A model generated the notes under the pieces. That model was given only the letters and a program-made list of their open reading frames with translations, did no database searches and had not been told where the DNA came from. Made by a program: the position numbers and the translations under genes. This document shows positions 1 through 12,769 of a stretch of DNA of 64,000 bases, piece by piece. Every line of letters starts with the position of its first letter. The stretch's first letter is position 1. Source of the DNA: Vicugna vicugna (taxonomy: Eukaryota); the NCBI GenBank assembly GCA_013265495.1, contig MU058781.1, positions 9,219,009 through 9,283,008 of the forward strand. The letters are read 5' to 3'.

Positions 1-1970
1 TGACTGTAATGCCTTTGGAAATGGAAGTGCTGTGCAAGTGCTAAATGATAATAATACAAAAATAATCATCTTCCATTATCTTCTTTAAAGATGTAAATGA
101 CATACTCTTTTAAATCTAAAGAGGGTTCAAGAAACAGCAGTAAGTTTAACAGGGAGGTGCACGAACCGATCATGCAAACCCATTCAGCGTTCTGAACACA
201 ATTATCGAGCTGACCATCAGCCCTGAAAACAAATTACAGTAGCTAATGACAGGGAACGGTAATTAGCATGTTTTTAGAAAATTACTTGGAAACAAAACTG
301 TCAACAAAGACCACTCAAATATAGCTGTACACAGCTTAAATAACAGAATACTGTGGTGGCCTACGCCCCAAGTGACATGAAGAAGATGTTAAAACATATT
401 CAGGGTCCCAAGTCAGTGTCTTCCAAGCGATTATGTACACTGTTTTTAACCTCAGCCCTTCTGGGTCATTCAAAATGTGGTGGAGCGCAGAACGCCCTTG
501 AACATTCTGCTGTTTAGTAAGTCTTATCCGGGTTCACTGGTATATTGTGGATAAGTCTCTGTCTCCCCTCTCCTTTGCATTTTTTGTTATCTTTGGCATT
601 CGTTTTTGAAAAAACATGCGCCTCACTTGGAACAAACCCACAAAAGCAAACAACCTTAAAACTTTCCCAGAGGCCCCCACTGCTGCGATCCCCAGGCAGC
701 CCCAATCCTGTAGAGCCCACCTCCCAGGGATTACAGTGCTGGTGGAGACCCTGGCGGAAGAGTTTCTGGTTAGCTACGACGGAAACTGACATTTACATAT
801 CTCCATGTTAATTCCCCGCAGACGGTGCAGCTCAGACCCATGATCAGCACGCGGTGGGAGGGAGTGTGGAGGGAAAAAAGGCAGGAGTGGAGGAGGGTAT
901 GGAACAGGAGACAAGGACAACTGCAAGCCTGAGATTGAAACATGTTCTCTTAGTGTTTCATTAGTAACAGAGCAAAACCAGGGAAATCTAGGAGAGGGTT
1001 CAATAAAAAGTTGCCACTTTTTTTTTTACCAGGAAAGCTCAAGTATAATTCCTCATTTATTGCCTGTAATGAAGGACTGAGCAATTCCTTGCAGTTGTGT
1101 GTGTGCGTTTTAAGGCAAAACAAGTACCAAAAATATTTTTTAAAAAGAAACATATTCAGTGGAATTCTTTCTAAAATGTGTATTCCACATGCTTCTCTGA
1201 CGAGACAGCATCCCAAGTAGGGTAAAGTGTCTTGCTATTGAGGGCTCCAATGTCATTGTTAGAGCCAACTGCCATGGGAAATGCCGGAATATAGTTAGCT
1301 TGGCACCTCATATTACATCATTTCCAAAATGTTTTGGTCCATTTTGGGGTGGTTTTCTCTGTCTCTGGACTTTACTGTCAGGGTGGCAGGTGTCACGTTT
1401 TTGCAGCCCCATACACTTTTCAGTTTCCTGCAGTTTCTCACAAGCTATGGCCTAAAACTGTAACTTGTTAGAATTGTGGCAAGAATGTAGGCTCCTGACT
1501 GGCTCTGAGTAGGAGCCTGAGAGCAAAGTGACATTCACTGCTTGCTAGAATCCTTTTACTTTTTATCCGTTTCGTGGCCACATTCCAAAGATTTGAGCTG
1601 ACTATATAAATGGGGTACCACTGAAATTAAGAAGAGGTGAATTTCTAGCCTAGAATCTAGGCATCTGATAGACCCAAATTAGACATAACTTTGGCTTTGA
1701 ATTTCATATTTTCAGGATGATACAACATGTAAACATCATATTTATTTTTAATTAATTTAATTTGTAAAAGTTCCACGAATTGAATGAATGTAATTCTATT
1801 ATAGAGAATTTGTTATACAGAAAAGAGAAACAACCCAAAAATCCACAGTCCTATGGCTCTAACACCACCATGCTTTGCACTTTGCTGTACTTCTTTTCAT
1901 GTTTCCTGTGCATGCTTCTGCAAACTTACTTAAACTGACGTCGTCTATATAAGTTTACATCCCGTTTTTA

Positions 1971-2659
1971 CTTTTTTTTAAATTGAATTATAGTCAGTTG
2001 CAATGTGTCAATTTCTGGTGTACAGCGTAACAGCCCAGTCACGCATATACATACATATATTTGTTTTCATATTTTTTCACTAAAGGTTATTACAAGATAT
2101 TGAAAATAGTTCCCTGTGCTATACAGAACAAATTTGTTTTTTTTTAATCTACTTTTATATATAGTGGTTAACCTTTGCAAATCTCAAACTCCCAGTTATC
2201 CCTTCCCACCCCTTTTCCCCCGGTAACCATAAAATTGTTCACTGTGTCTGCACATCTGTTTGTGTTTTGTAGATTACTTCATTAGTGTCCTCTTTTTTCT
2301 TTTTCTTTAAATTCCACATATGAGTGACATCATACAGTATTTTTCTTCCTCTTTCTGGCTTACTTCACTTAGAATGACAATCTCTAGTTCCATCCATATT
2401 GCTGCAAGTGGCATTATTATTTTTTTAATGGCTGAGTTGTATTCCATTGTATAAATATATCCAGTCATGTGTCGACAGACATTTAGGTTGCTTCCATGTC
2501 TTGGCTATTGTAAATAGTGCTGCTATGAACACTGGGTGCATGTATCTTTTCGAATTATAGTTCCCTCCAGATACATGCTCAGGAGTGGGATTGCTGGAGC
2601 ATATGGTAAGTCTAGTTTTTTGAGGAATCTCCATATTATTTTCCATAATGGCTGCACCA
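1971..2659 (-). mobile_element. 5'-truncated lineage-specific LINE-1 (ORF2 C-terminal end + 3'UTR) inserted into an older L1ME-like relic
   Basis: Reverse strand encodes L1 ORF2 tail-like IAALFTIAKTWKQPKC. T-rich tail at left end. 14-bp TSD acatccYgttttta at 1957-1970 and 2660-2673 (1 mismatch). Confidence 0.95.
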
Positions 2660-3504
2660 ACATCCTGTTTTTAAAACGCACGATCTCCTAACAGTTTTCC
2701 TTGTTGCTATATACCTTTATGGCTCTTTTTTAATGGCAACAGATTACTCCACTGAGTCACTCTATAATCGTTTACCTAACTATTTTCTTATTATTGGAAC
2801 TTGAGATTATTGTCAAATTGTTACTATTATAACCCTGCCCTGAACATCTCCCGGAACACAGCTTATGTTTGCTTGACCTGGGCTTCTATCCTTAGGAGTC
2901 TCAGAAGTAATATTACTTTAAAAAGAGTATGACAACTGAGAACAAAGTCTTAGAAGAGGACATTTTTTGGATGGGTATTGGTAGCCATGGACAGCAACTG
3001 AGAGCGGCTCCAGACCAGCTGGCACGAATCCCAGAAACGAGAGCTATTGGGCCAGGGAAATGTGTTCCTCAGCCCTGCTGTTACCCTTCTCAAGTATACA
3101 TACAGCTGTACTTATTGGTAATAAGGATTTTGCCGTGTATTAAATAAGATAATGTGAAAAGCATACTTGAATCATTGCTGAAGTGTGGCAGCTATGTGGG
3201 GATATCTGTTTCGTGGCAACAGCACACCTGTGTTCAGGTTGATTCTTGTGAGGGACAAAGCAAAAGAACTAGCCTGAGAGAATCCTTCGAAAAGCGTTCA
3301 TCCAGAAAGGACTTTTACCTGAAGGCCAATTAGTGACTGCCCTATACTTCAGTCCTTGCTGGATGCCGTATGAGTGCAGTGGGATGGTTTTAGCAAGTAA
3401 CTAGAAGATCCAAATTCAAACCTCAACAGGAGGGGCTAATTAGGGCTAATTACTTCGCATAACAGAAGTTCATAAGGAATAATCGTTTTAATAATTCAAT
3501 AAAT

Positions 3505-3710
3505 AAAAACTGAGGACTAAGTCCCAGGTATTATCTTAGGTTCTTAATATGTGTTGGCTCATTTACTCCTTTATATAAAGCTCATGATGTGCCCCAAACT
3601 GGAGGTGAGGCAACTGAGGCATGGAAAGACTAACAATTGCCAAAGGGGACACAAATACTAGAATTTAAACCCAAGCTGTCCAGCTTCAGATCCTACTCTT
3701 TTAACTATGA
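3505..3710 (-). mobile_element. MIR SINE (degraded)
   Basis: ctcatttactcct...gaggcaactgaggc...gaatttaaacccaag matches the reverse MIR core and 5' region. Confidence 0.75.
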
Positions 3711-3846
3711 CAACAGGACTATTCTCAAATAGTTATTCTGTGTTTCTGTGGCTTTAAAAATATTAGAAAATGCCAGTTCAGCCATACCAACTGGTTTACA
3801 GTTGGTGTTAGTTGTGTTTCTGTGGCTTTAAAAATAATAGAAAATG

Positions 3847-3890
3847 TAATAAAATATCTGGGAATAAATCTAACCAAGGAGGCGAAAGAT
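3847..3890 (+). mobile_element. Isolated ~44-bp internal L1 ORF2 (RT-domain) fragment
   Basis: aaaatatctgggaataaatctaaccaaggaggcgaaaga translates [12 protein letters not shown] and is nearly identical to 33252-33291 in the large L1. Confidence 0.85.
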
Positions 3891-4124
3891 CCTTCTGATT
3901 GGTTGGTGCCTGTTTAAGTGTGCTGGTCTTAAGTATCTGTTACATCACGTGGACCTAGGTAATTTCCAGCTCTCTCCTTTGACAGCTTCATCACATCAAC
4001 CGTGTCTTCCTTCATGCTTCAGAGAAACTCATTAACTTGAAGGCTCACAGATACGATGATGTTCAGTAAAGAGGAATCAGACATTTTCTTTCTTCCTCTT
4101 AGAATTTTATCCCTTAGCTTCTTA

Positions 4125-4500
4125 AATAGTTTAACATATATACACAAATCTTAAATGTTTAGCTTGATGAATTGGGTTTTCTGGTAAAAGTTCATTATCA
4201 CACAGAGCAAGATACAGAACATTACCAGTGCCTTCTGCCCCTTGTAAGATTCCTACAGTTTTTCTGATGAAATTCTCAACTTTTCTATTTTCTTAAACAT
4301 GTGAATCAAAGTTACTTCTTCCTTGTCTGATAACTTCAATCCCTTAGTCACCCTGAGGTCTCTGTATATAATCTGTTTTTCTTCGTTGGCTTTTGTCACT
4401 TGATCCCATTTGTTCATACACTGAATGTCAGACATTGGGTATGAAAAATTGTAAGGCTCTGGCTGATGATACTTTCATCCAAAGAGGATTTAAATTCCTT
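4125..4500 (-). mobile_element. Ancient L1M/HAL1-type fragments (3' piece and ORF1 N-terminal-like piece)
   Basis: Reverse ORF 4253-4435 (LKLSDKEEVTLIHMFKKIEK) resembles the degenerate ORF1 N-terminus of old L1s. Confidence 0.55.
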
Positions 4501-6244
4501 TCTGGAAGGCAGAGAGGCTGTTTTCAGGTCAGCTTGATTTGGCTGCGGGTGGATCCTAGGCTTTCTTAGGCTTCATCTTTTCATGCTTTGTTCTCTCTCA
4601 TAGTAGACTTGTCTGGGGTCTCAGCACCACCTAACTTCAACCTCTATCTACTCATCCTCCTTGGAAACTCCAAACCCAAACTCTTTCCAGCCCAGTGAGA
4701 TTGTCCCTCAGCCCAGCTGCCACTTCCTGCTCCACCTTCACTCCCCACACCATCAATAGGTAGAAGTAGTGTGTCCGGATAATGGAAAAGAATAAATAAA
4801 TAGTTTCTTTCAGTTTGTCTCCTACCTCTCTAGGAATTTGGCCACTCCAGTCCTGTCTGCCTTCGTTATTCTTTCACGGCTTTCAACAGTTGGTTTAAAT
4901 CTTTTATCAGCCTTTATAAGGAGGGGGAAAATCTATCCAGAATGCCCTCAACAGAATACCTCTCAGGTCCCAATGGCAGGGTTGCCTAAAAGAGTCAATG
5001 ACAAGGGCAGGAGACCATCAGATACAGTTTAGACCAACTAGGCACATGGGCCATCTGAGCCAGACTGAAGCTCTGCCAGAAAACAACGGGGGGACTGGGG
5101 TTCCAGACCACCCATTTATATGATGAGGGCTTTCCTTACAGGGACCGTCGCCTGTTTGGATTATTTGGGGCTCTCCACAATCTTAATCTTCTCCAGATAG
5201 GCCCACCTTCTGACACAGGAGCTTCCTCTCTGCTTTGATGCCATTAATTTACATGCTCCTCTAGACCCATTCTCTGCCTCTCCTTATATCCCCAATCTAA
5301 AAGTGTCTAAAATCTAGACAAGTGAGGTTCCATTATGAATCATTTGATTTAAAATGTCATTTTCTTATGTGAAACCAAAATAACATTAAAAAGTATGTTA
5401 AAATTAAAGGTCATCACAAAACATGGAAATAGACAATTTTCTTCTCAGTACCAATAACTCTAAAAGGTATTTAAAAAATTACTATGGGAAGTTTGTATTA
5501 TAGAAACCTATATAAATTATTTACACTTGGTTATATGTATACTTTTGTTTTAAAAAAAAAGTGCTCAGCCATTATAGGATGTCTGCAAAATTGCAGAAAT
5601 GCACAAAGAAGAGAACAAAATTAACTTCAATCTCACCATCTTGGGATTTACATTGTTAACTTTTGGAGACTAACCATCTGATACTGTTTTCCTCTGAGTG
5701 TGTATGCACAAAATTAAAATGGTTTTTAAACACTGTGGGCATTTTATACATTTTCAAAACAAACTTATTTTTTATTGGTTTTTTTAAGATACAGATAAAA
5801 TCTAATATTAGATTATCTGCATATTAGGGCTTCTGATTTAATAAAAACAATGTAAAAGTGATAATTCCTTGATACTATTTTGACAGTGTTCCTCTCCATT
5901 TAAAGCATATGACCACAAATCCTGGGAGTTGTGAAGAAAAAAATAAAATTTTATGAGAGTCAGGTCACAGTGAAAACAAACAAGGAATTCAAGAACCACC
6001 TGTGGAGTTTCACACTGTCATGCTTACAACTTCACAGCAAACCTTTGAGATTAAATTGTGACATTTCCAGACTGAGATCCAGAGCGCCAAACCCTTCTGT
6101 TTTATTTCACTAACATTTGAAGAATGCTGGTGGTCTCCTAAGAGGACCCAAATAGAAAGAGGAAACAGCCAACACTAGGGGATAGCCTAGGAAAAGAAAA
6201 ATATGACTTCCTTTCCACCAGAAAATGTAGCCACCTGCTCAGCC

Positions 6245-6472
6245 AAAAGTAGTCTTTGCTTGTGCAAAAACCATTTATTGGGGTGCAAAAAAAACTATTA
6301 AAACTATCTCTTTAATTAAAAATCACATTTTCTGTATATGTCTTATATCAATACAGTAGGACTATAAATTAGTATGTATATGTAGATTGAGGTTAACTAA
6401 AATTTCTGTGTATTTACACAAAAAATGAAATATTTTCATGATAGGAGTACATAAAACATTTGGAGATGACTA
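6245..6472. mobile_element. Probable hAT-Charlie-type MITE (degraded)
   Basis: ttggggtgca...tattaaaactatct... and terminal tttggagatgact resemble a Charlie-type ...tttggagaccactg end. Confidence 0.45.
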
Positions 6473-6485
6473 CTTCAAAGTCACT

Positions 6486-7210
6486 TTTTAAAAAACTGAA
6501 GTATAGTTATTTACAATGGTGTGTTAGTTTCTGGTGCACAGCATAGTGATTCAGTTATACATGTATATACTTTTGCATATTCTTTTTCATTATAGGTTAT
6601 TACAAGATAGTGAATGTAGTTCTTTGTGCTATATGGTAGGACCTTGTTGTTTATCTATTTTAGATACAGTAATTTATATCTGCTAATTCCAAACTCCCTA
6701 TTTTATCCTTCCCTCTGCACTTCCCTTTTGGTAACCGTAAGTTTGTTTTCTATATCTGTCTCTGTTTCATAAATAAGTTCATTTGTATCATTTTTTACAT
6801 TCCACATATAGGTGATATCATTAGTTACTTGCCTTTCTCTGACTTACTTCACTAAGATAAGCTCTAAGTTGCTGCAAATGGCATTATCTCATTCTTTTTT
6901 ATGGCCGAGTAGTGTTCTATTGTATACATATGTACTTCATCTTTATTCAGTCATCTGTTGATGGACATTCAGGTTGCTTCCATGTCTTGGCTATTGTAAA
7001 TAGTGCTGCTGTGAACATTGGGGTGCATGTATCTTTTCCAATTAGAGTTTTCTCCAGATATATGCCCAGGAGTGGGATTGCTGGATCATATGATAAGTCT
7101 ATTTTCAGGGTTTTTTTAGAAATCGCCATGCTGTTTTCCATAGTGGCCGCACCAATTTACATTCCCACCAACAGTGTAGAAGGGTTCCCTTTCCTCCACC
7201 CCTTCTCCAG
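6486..7210 (-). mobile_element. 5'-truncated LINE-1 (ORF2 end + 3'UTR)
   Basis: Reverse ORF 6947-7141 contains YDPAIPLLGIY...PMFTAALFTIAKTWKQPECP, a typical L1 ORF2 C-terminus. L1 3'UTR lies to the left. Confidence 0.95.
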
Positions 7211-7394
7211 AACAAAATCATTTCTTTACTGGAGTCTGAGGTCGTAAGTGTTGGAAAAATTACATCCTCACTGGAAAATATGCTGTTTAAAATTTTTATT
7301 TACATCTTTGAGAGCTAATTACTGAATGGAGTCTGGCGAAGGAAGAGGAAGAGGACCTTCTTTCCCAGCCCTTTCCCTGTGCTGATCAAGAATA

Positions 7395-7810
7395 GATTCA
7401 TTCACTGGTTCAGCAAATACTGAGCACCACTCTTTGTAGAGCACTGTCCTGAGCCCAGTGAAGGAATCAGAAAAGATTAATGGTCCAAATGATAATCCAC
7501 TCAAGGAAAAGTGAGAATGGTCCAAATGATAATCCATTCAAGGAAAAGTGAGGAGGGAGCTCTTAGTTCAGACTGGAGGGTACCAGGAAGGTTTCCGAGT
7601 GCTGGAGATTTGCACAGGCAGGGGAGCGCTGGGCAGTCCTGGATGAGGAACGAAACAGCCATGCAAGGGCAGGAGGCATTTGGTCTGTTGGAGATGCCAG
7701 TAAGTAGTTCAGAGAGACAGGATCCCAGGGGACTCGGTGATAGTGCTGTAGACTGGACTGGAAAGGAGAGCCTCAGGTTCTTGGATATCATGCCAAGAGC
7801 CTGGGCAACA
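7395..7810 (-). mobile_element. L2 LINE 3' fragment
   Basis: attcattcactggttcagcaaatactgagcacc is the reverse L2 3' terminus, followed by purine-rich L2-like body. Confidence 0.65.
7479..7552. repeat. 37-bp direct tandem duplication
   Basis: aatggtccaaatgataatccaYtcaaggaaaagtgag x2 with one mismatch. Confidence 0.97.
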
Positions 7811-8429
7811 GCCCTGAAAAGCCATATTACCACCCCCGTTTTTACACATGAAGGAGCTGAGGCTGAAGCTTAGTCACAGTGTGAGAATAGAGAACTGGCC
7901 TCCAAGCCGACATTCTCTTCACTTTTCATTTGTAACTTTTGACATCGAAAAAGAAAAATGCAGTATAAAGTGCTTTTCTGGCGTTATTGCTTAATTGTCA
8001 TGTGGGTTTAGCAGAGATAGATTGAAACACCTAACAGTCCTTTTATCCCTTTCTATGATCAGTCCTTTTAAATCAGTGTGTTTGTTTGAAAAGTTTCTGT
8101 CGTGCTCACAACTGCAGTTGTTACAGCGTTAATGACAGAGCCTGCAGTCTGTCTCCCTCTGCATCCCCAGTGTCTGAAATAGTGCCTGGGCCCTCGCAGG
8201 CACTCAGTAAGCTTGAAGGAGATAAGCCAGTTCTTCTATCTTCATTTTAGAGTAAAGAAGTCTATTAAATTTGAATTCAATCAAGGATGTTGATTAGGGA
8301 AGCCTGCACACAAATACATTTGAAATGAATTTATGACCCTCAATTATGGATTTGGAATTTTATTTATGAAGACTAGGGTTTTTGAATTTCCAGGTAACAC
8401 CTACCTAATTGTAGTACTGAACAGAGCAC

Positions 8430-8680
8430 TAGTGATGGAAAAGCATACAGGACTTAGGAGTGAGACAGAATCAGGTAAAATTTTGGTTGTGTGCTTTAGT
8501 TACACATGGCTAAGACTTTACATTGGACAATTCCTACAGGTTGCAGTTTTCTCCTCTGTGACATAGGAATATTAACACCACTTTGCAGGGCAGCTAGAAG
8601 GGTCAGCGGCGTGAACTGTGTCTATATAAAGTCCCTGTCAAGCGGCAGACACTGAATACATTGTTGCTGTCATTATTTTC
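8430..8680 (+). mobile_element. MIR SINE
   Basis: agtgatggaaaagcatacaggactt...cagttttctcctctgtgacataggaat (MIR core) and a 3' tail ending ...tcattatt. Confidence 0.7.
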
Positions 8681-10227
8681 TGTTTTAATTTTTTTAAGAC
8701 TCTTGTACTTCCTGACAAATAGTCATTTTGCTGGATGGAATTCTAAGCTTGTGAAATCTATGAATATGTGATTTTCTCAAATTTTGTATATAAGAATCCT
8801 GCAGGTCTGGAAAACTTCAGCTCAGTTGTTTCCTATCTGTGAAAACATCACCATTTATTGAACAACTGATGTCAGAATAGGATTAAAACAACCTACAAAA
8901 TAGTAGTGAAATTGGGTTTAAACAAATCTGTTTATATTTAATTCCCTCCACTTACTGATAGAATGAACCGTTTTATTAGAAAATAATCGGCATGTGGATC
9001 TTTTTTTCCCTACACATTCTCTCCACCTTCACTACACAGACCCTCTTAATCTCAATGGTTCTTGTTGGGTTCTTAACAGATAACAATGAGTTTTAAGTAT
9101 CTACCGCCTTCTTCATTCTGTGGGGAAACTGATTTGATGGGAACAACAGATTTGAAGTTCTAACCTGGGGCGATGTGGAGAATTTACAGAAAAAATAGAT
9201 AACTCGGCAAAGTAAACAGTATCTTTAGAGAATTTATCATTCCCTCTCCAGAAGAGGCTAGCAGAGGGGTTCTTTTGCAAAGTACCTTATTTTGTTAGAG
9301 ACATAAATCTCAGTTGTAAAATCAGTTGAGGACTCTACTCTGCAACTTTGTGAAACACGAGCTTGTGGGCTTAACAAAGTTTCCAGGTACTTGGAGCATC
9401 CTAGTCACTCCCCATTCCCTCAGGAATATTTCATCAGAGAGGCTTGAGATGTGAGTTAATAGGGTCCGTGATCTCCATTCTGTTTTTCCTCTAAGCAGGT
9501 CTCCCAAGCGTCACTAATTTACGCATTCTATTTCAATAGAGACTTTCACACTAAAAATGTCAAATTATTACCCACAGAGTTTTTGTCACTTATTAGAGAA
9601 GTCTCAGTTCTCCTGTCCCCCTTCACCTGGGAAATTCTGAGGAGATGAGTTCCAGCTTCTCCACAGTCATCCTGCTGAAATTCAGTACTCTGGAAATTAG
9701 GTTATGTTTGCATATCTCAACCTGCAGGCGAACATTACCTTTTCACCTTCCACTCCCCCTTCAATAAAGACAGGTTTCGTCCTGCTAGGTAGGAGACATT
9801 CGTTAAATGCAAACAGTCCAGTCTTTTTTTTTTTTCCTTCTGTTTTTGCCTTTTTATCAGCCATACAAATTCCCCGAATTGTTTGCTTTTCTGGTAAAAG
9901 GGAATTTACACAAATGGGACCATCTCATATGGTAATGAGTTCTTATTTTGTGCCAAGAGTCCAAAGGTCTTTACAGAGGGTCCCTTGTAGTGTGTGCTGG
10001 GCCTCAGCCAGTCTCCATGAAGGAAGAGCAGAGTGGGAGGACCCTTGGCGTCCCCAGAGACCTCTCCTTGGTTTCCTGCTCCAGTGGAACTGGCAACCCT
10101 AGGTAAGGCATGGGTCCTGTACAAGTCTACATTAGACCCTTGCCTTGAGCCCACTGTCTAATGGAGCCGTGGATTTACAAGAAGTCTTCTCTGACCTTAT
10201 AGGTCCAAAGAAAGTGGAAGGGCCATT

Positions 10228-10425
10228 ACTGGGGTCAGGGAGGGAAGGGAATGGGGAGTTACTGTTTAATGGGCACTGAGTTTCAGTGTTACAAGATGAA
10301 GAGAGTTCTGGAGATGGATGGTGGTGATGGTCATACAGTACGAATATATCCAATACCACTGAACTTAAAATTGTTTAAGATGGTAAATTTTATGTTATAT
10401 GTATTTTGCCACAATTTTTTAAATG
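10228..10425 (+). mobile_element. L1MB-type 3' end
   Basis: ggggagttactgtttaatggg...gttctggagatggatggtggtgatgg...ggtaaattttatgttatatgtattttgccacaat is the classic L1MB terminus. Confidence 0.9.
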
Positions 10426-11009
10426 AAGAAAAAATAGTAAGTTCAGAGATACCACCCCACATTTAAAGGAAAGCAGCAGCTCCTCGCAGCCTCAGAGCCT
10501 GGGCCAGGACAGCGCTTGCGCACATGCCTCTCGTTCTCACCCCAGTCTCCCCAAAGGGCAGCTCTGGGCCTCCAGGCGTTGGTCAGTTTCTTAGCAGGAG
10601 TAATTGCCTGATTCCCCCTGGGGGACCCTCTGCACAGCTCACATTTGAGGTATGAAGAGCAGAGCCCCAGGGCGGCTCAGTGACTCCAAGGCCCCACTGC
10701 TTCTCCCCGGGCTTTGGTTGACTGGGTCAGCCTGATTCCAGGCCTCCATCGACAGCACAATTGTGAAGATGCTCTCTATCTTGGGGATATTTTATTTTAG
10801 ATGATTTTTCACTGAGGGGGAAGGTGAGGTAAGGGCTCAGATGCTCTAAAAATTCAAGGACCCCCCAACTCCAAAGATTTTGCCACACCCTGCCTTTTTC
10901 CTAATGAGCCTCTCCTTGCAAACATGCCAAGGGAGAGAGTAGCTCTGATGTGAGGTGCAGATTCTCTCCTCCCACAGAGAAAGGCCTCCTGAAATGAGAC
11001 CGTCCAGTC

Positions 11010-11575
11010 CTCTGCTCCGTACCTTTGCATGGTTTCCGCTCTCGGTTAAGTGGGGTGGTTAAAGTGGTCTCAGGGCTCTGCATGACCTGCCCCTTTGTCC
11101 CCCTTAGACCTCACGCCTCCTCCCTCTTTCATATTCCATTCCAGCCCCAGTGGCCTCTTGACTGTCTCGCCAATGCGGAAGCATGCTCCTGCCTCAAGTC
11201 TTCGTGCACACTGCCCTCGGCCTCTATCTGCAGAGCTCACTGTGGCCACCATTACATCGTCACTCAAAAGCCACCTTCTCAGCCAACACCTTTCCTGACC
11301 ACCCTATCTAAAGCTGCACATATAATTTCCTACACTCCTCCCATCCTCCTCCTCTGCTTTATTTTTATCCTTAGCTCTCAGGACTGTCTAAGGTACTATG
11401 TAGTTGGAAAATACAGATAATTATTATCTGTCTGCTTTTTAAAGCATAAGCCCCAAGATGGTGGGTCTTCCATCCTTTTTGTTCGTTCCTGTATCTCGGG
11501 CACCTAGACTAGTGGATGGTGTGTGTTAGGTGTTCAGTGAACATTTGTTGAATGAATGTGAATGCATGAATGAGG
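11010..11575 (+). mobile_element. L2 LINE 3' end
   Basis: Pyrimidine-rich L2 body ending in tcagtgaacatttgttgaatgaatg. Confidence 0.8.
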
Positions 11576-12769
11576 AATAGACTGAGGGCGAGCCAAGGGC
11601 CTTTTACTGCCACTCCTGACTGTCCTTGGCCAAAGACATCCAGCGCTTCCTTTCCCAAGGGCTACACAGTTCTCAATGATGGCACCTCTACAGTTGATCA
11701 GAGGTGCTCCACCGACTCCGGTTGTGCCCCTAAAATCTGATGGAACCCCCCCCTTCATTGGTCATTGACCTGGTGGGAGCTGCAATGGTGGAGGTGGCTT
11801 TCATATGCATAAACTGAGTCTCTCAAGCCTCACCCTTGTGTGGATACAAATGAGATTATATTTACATTGAATGATAAATCCTAAGAGCTCTCAGCTCCCA
11901 TCCCCTGTAACTGCAGGACCTCGGCACATCTCCCTCTATGAACCTCTGTTCACATTCCTCCACGCCAACTTGGCCAAGGCACTTGCCCACCATCTCTGCT
12001 CCTCATGATGCCTACCACCTGAACCTCTGAGAAGTCTCCTCCCCTCAGCCATGGAGCCTCTCTGGGGGCTCTGGAGGAGTGAGGGGAGAGGGGAAGCAGT
12101 TCTGCTTCTGCTCGGACCTTGGCGACTACAGCTGCTTTGGGGTCGGAGCCTGCAAGTAACAATCACACGGTCTGTGGGCAAACCCCCTGGCTGGTTGGGG
12201 GGGGTAGAACACGTGTTCCCCTTTCTTCTGCTCCTTCCAGGTCATCATGTGAAACAGCACCCCTCAAATCCTGCACCCAACACAGATGTCTCTGTGCAAA
12301 CGCACTCTAGGGGCTGGGCATTGGGAGTCATCACCCGTGGGCCGGAAGTCTCCCGTCTCCGACATAACAGCACCCCTTGTAACTCATCCTCTAACCCTAC
12401 CTAGAGGGTCCCTTAGTGTGCCAGTCCACTCTGTTTCTGACTCATAAGTTCACACACTGTGGCTCCAGAGGCAATTCTTACTCTCCCCTGCTGGGAACGC
12501 AATCCCACTTCTCTGAAGGGTTTCTGGGGAAACCTGCTGCAGATTTCTGTGCACAAAGTCACATCTTTCTGTCTTTATGTATAAACTCACTGAATGAAGC
12601 AAAAACCAGCACAGCCCTAATGGATTTAGGGCCACTTGCTCTGAATTCAAAAATCAGTATTCTTGACATCATAACTAAGTTTCCTCGCAGAGAAAAAAAA
12701 TACCATTCTGAAGTCATCCTCCCATGACCTCTTCCCTTACTTTTAAGATCCAATCTTATGCCCTTTTCT

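Noticed and set aside
3739..7552. CRISPR-like repeats (34-bp repeat with 40-bp spacer; 37-bp repeat)
   Set aside because: Only two copies each, unrelated to one another, in mammalian DNA with no cas genes.
12039..12088. Possible pre-miRNA hairpin (ctcccctca...tgaggggag)
   Set aside because: Short stems, a large asymmetric internal loop and low-complexity C/G runs; compatible with chance.
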